Shown here piece after piece: positions 63,099 to 64,000 of a DNA stretch of 64,000 nucleotides. Made by a program: the position numbers and the translations under genes. The notes below the pieces were generated by a model. It did not search any database and had not been told where the DNA came from. It worked only from the letters and a program-made list of their open reading frames with translations. Source of the DNA: Octopus sinensis (Eukaryota); NCBI RefSeq assembly GCF_006345805.1, contig NC_042999.1, positions 128,464,001 to 128,528,000 on the forward strand, written 5' to 3'. Positions within the stretch are counted from its first letter, which is position 1. Each line of letters starts with the position of its first letter.

Positions 63099-64000
63099 TA
63101 ATGTAATCAACCTAAACATCTGGACCTTGAAGCACATATGAGTTAATTCAGAGTGGGACAGAAAGGAAGAACTTCCGCCAACGCACATCGTAAAGGTGGT
63201 TGATATCTGACAACAAATTGTCGTCTATAAGATGAGATACGAATGGAGAACGTAAGTAAGTCGCTTAACCAGGAGATATTCATAACTAAAACATATGCAG
63301 AGGATAAATTTTCGTTTTGAATATATGTATTTCTTGTTTACACTTAAAAGAGTAACGGTTCTATCATTCATTTACTTAATATTTTCTTCACATTCACCAA
63401 ATCATTTAAATTTACTAAAACAACATGTCTCCGAACAGATTCTATTAATGTACTTGCATACATGTTTACTTGAAATGTGCATATGTTGTCATTCCCATTC
63501 ACAGCTATATACGGTAAACAATTATATGCAACATGTTGACAGTTCATCCAGTAGAATATGAAAAGTTTAATTAACTGAACTTTACTGCAAAAGTTCACTA
63601 TGAAAAGTTCACTAAAATTCTTCGTTAATTCCGATGTTCATTTTCACATTGACGCTTTTGAGTAATTCACCTTCCTTTCGACAGGTATTTCATTTTTTTT
63701 TTTTTTTTTACATTACAATATATTTTAAGGGAAAATTTCATAATCACATTACATTGGAGTATGCAGTGTTAGTTGGAACGAGGAATATGTTAAAATACTT
63801 TTTTCTTTACAGCAGTAACAAAGAACCTGATAAGGAATGTGCTGTCATCTTGTGAGAGCCATTTATACTACCTTTCAAACATACTGATATGAAGAGGATG
63901 CAGAAAATTTTCAAGATACAGGTTTCTGAATTTAGAAATTTTTAGTTTCGAAAGAAAACACTGGGCGAAATAGTCAGTGCGAAGCCTGGCAGTAGGGTGG

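Noticed and set aside
63200-63921. Plus-strand splice signals (donor about 63260, acceptor about 63812, donor about 63921)
   Set aside because: Frames contain stops; could be UTR exons but nothing in the window can confirm it

Overview
AT-rich, microsatellite-dense eukaryotic DNA. The SINE, LINE and MITE families look like those I recall from octopus/cephalopod genomes (inference, no database search). Most of the window is transposon relics: Tc1/mariner elements and MITEs, tRNA-derived SINEs, RTE/BovB, R4/Dong-type RLE, Tx1/L1, I-like and Penelope-like retroelements, a Gypsy gag fragment, a non-autonomous Helitron and a Merlin-like fragment. No complete host gene could be identified; a few short open frames with splice-like borders are listed as low-confidence candidate exons. 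No rRNA or CRISPR array was seen. Most ORFs in the supplied track are translations of simple repeats. The most interesting observations: (1) a near-identical ~560-bp triple tandem repeat (28596-30246), each unit carrying a type-I hammerhead-like motif with a palindromic stem III plus a decayed inverted partner (retrozyme-like architecture); (2) a tRNA-His copy whose 3' trailer and T-run are fused directly to an RTE 3' tail (possible pre-tRNA/LINE chimera or nascent SINE); (3) a chain of elements separated by (TAA)n tracts, including R4/Dong-like insertions; (4) an R4-like LINE with an inverted 5' segment. Coordinates of decayed elements are approximate.
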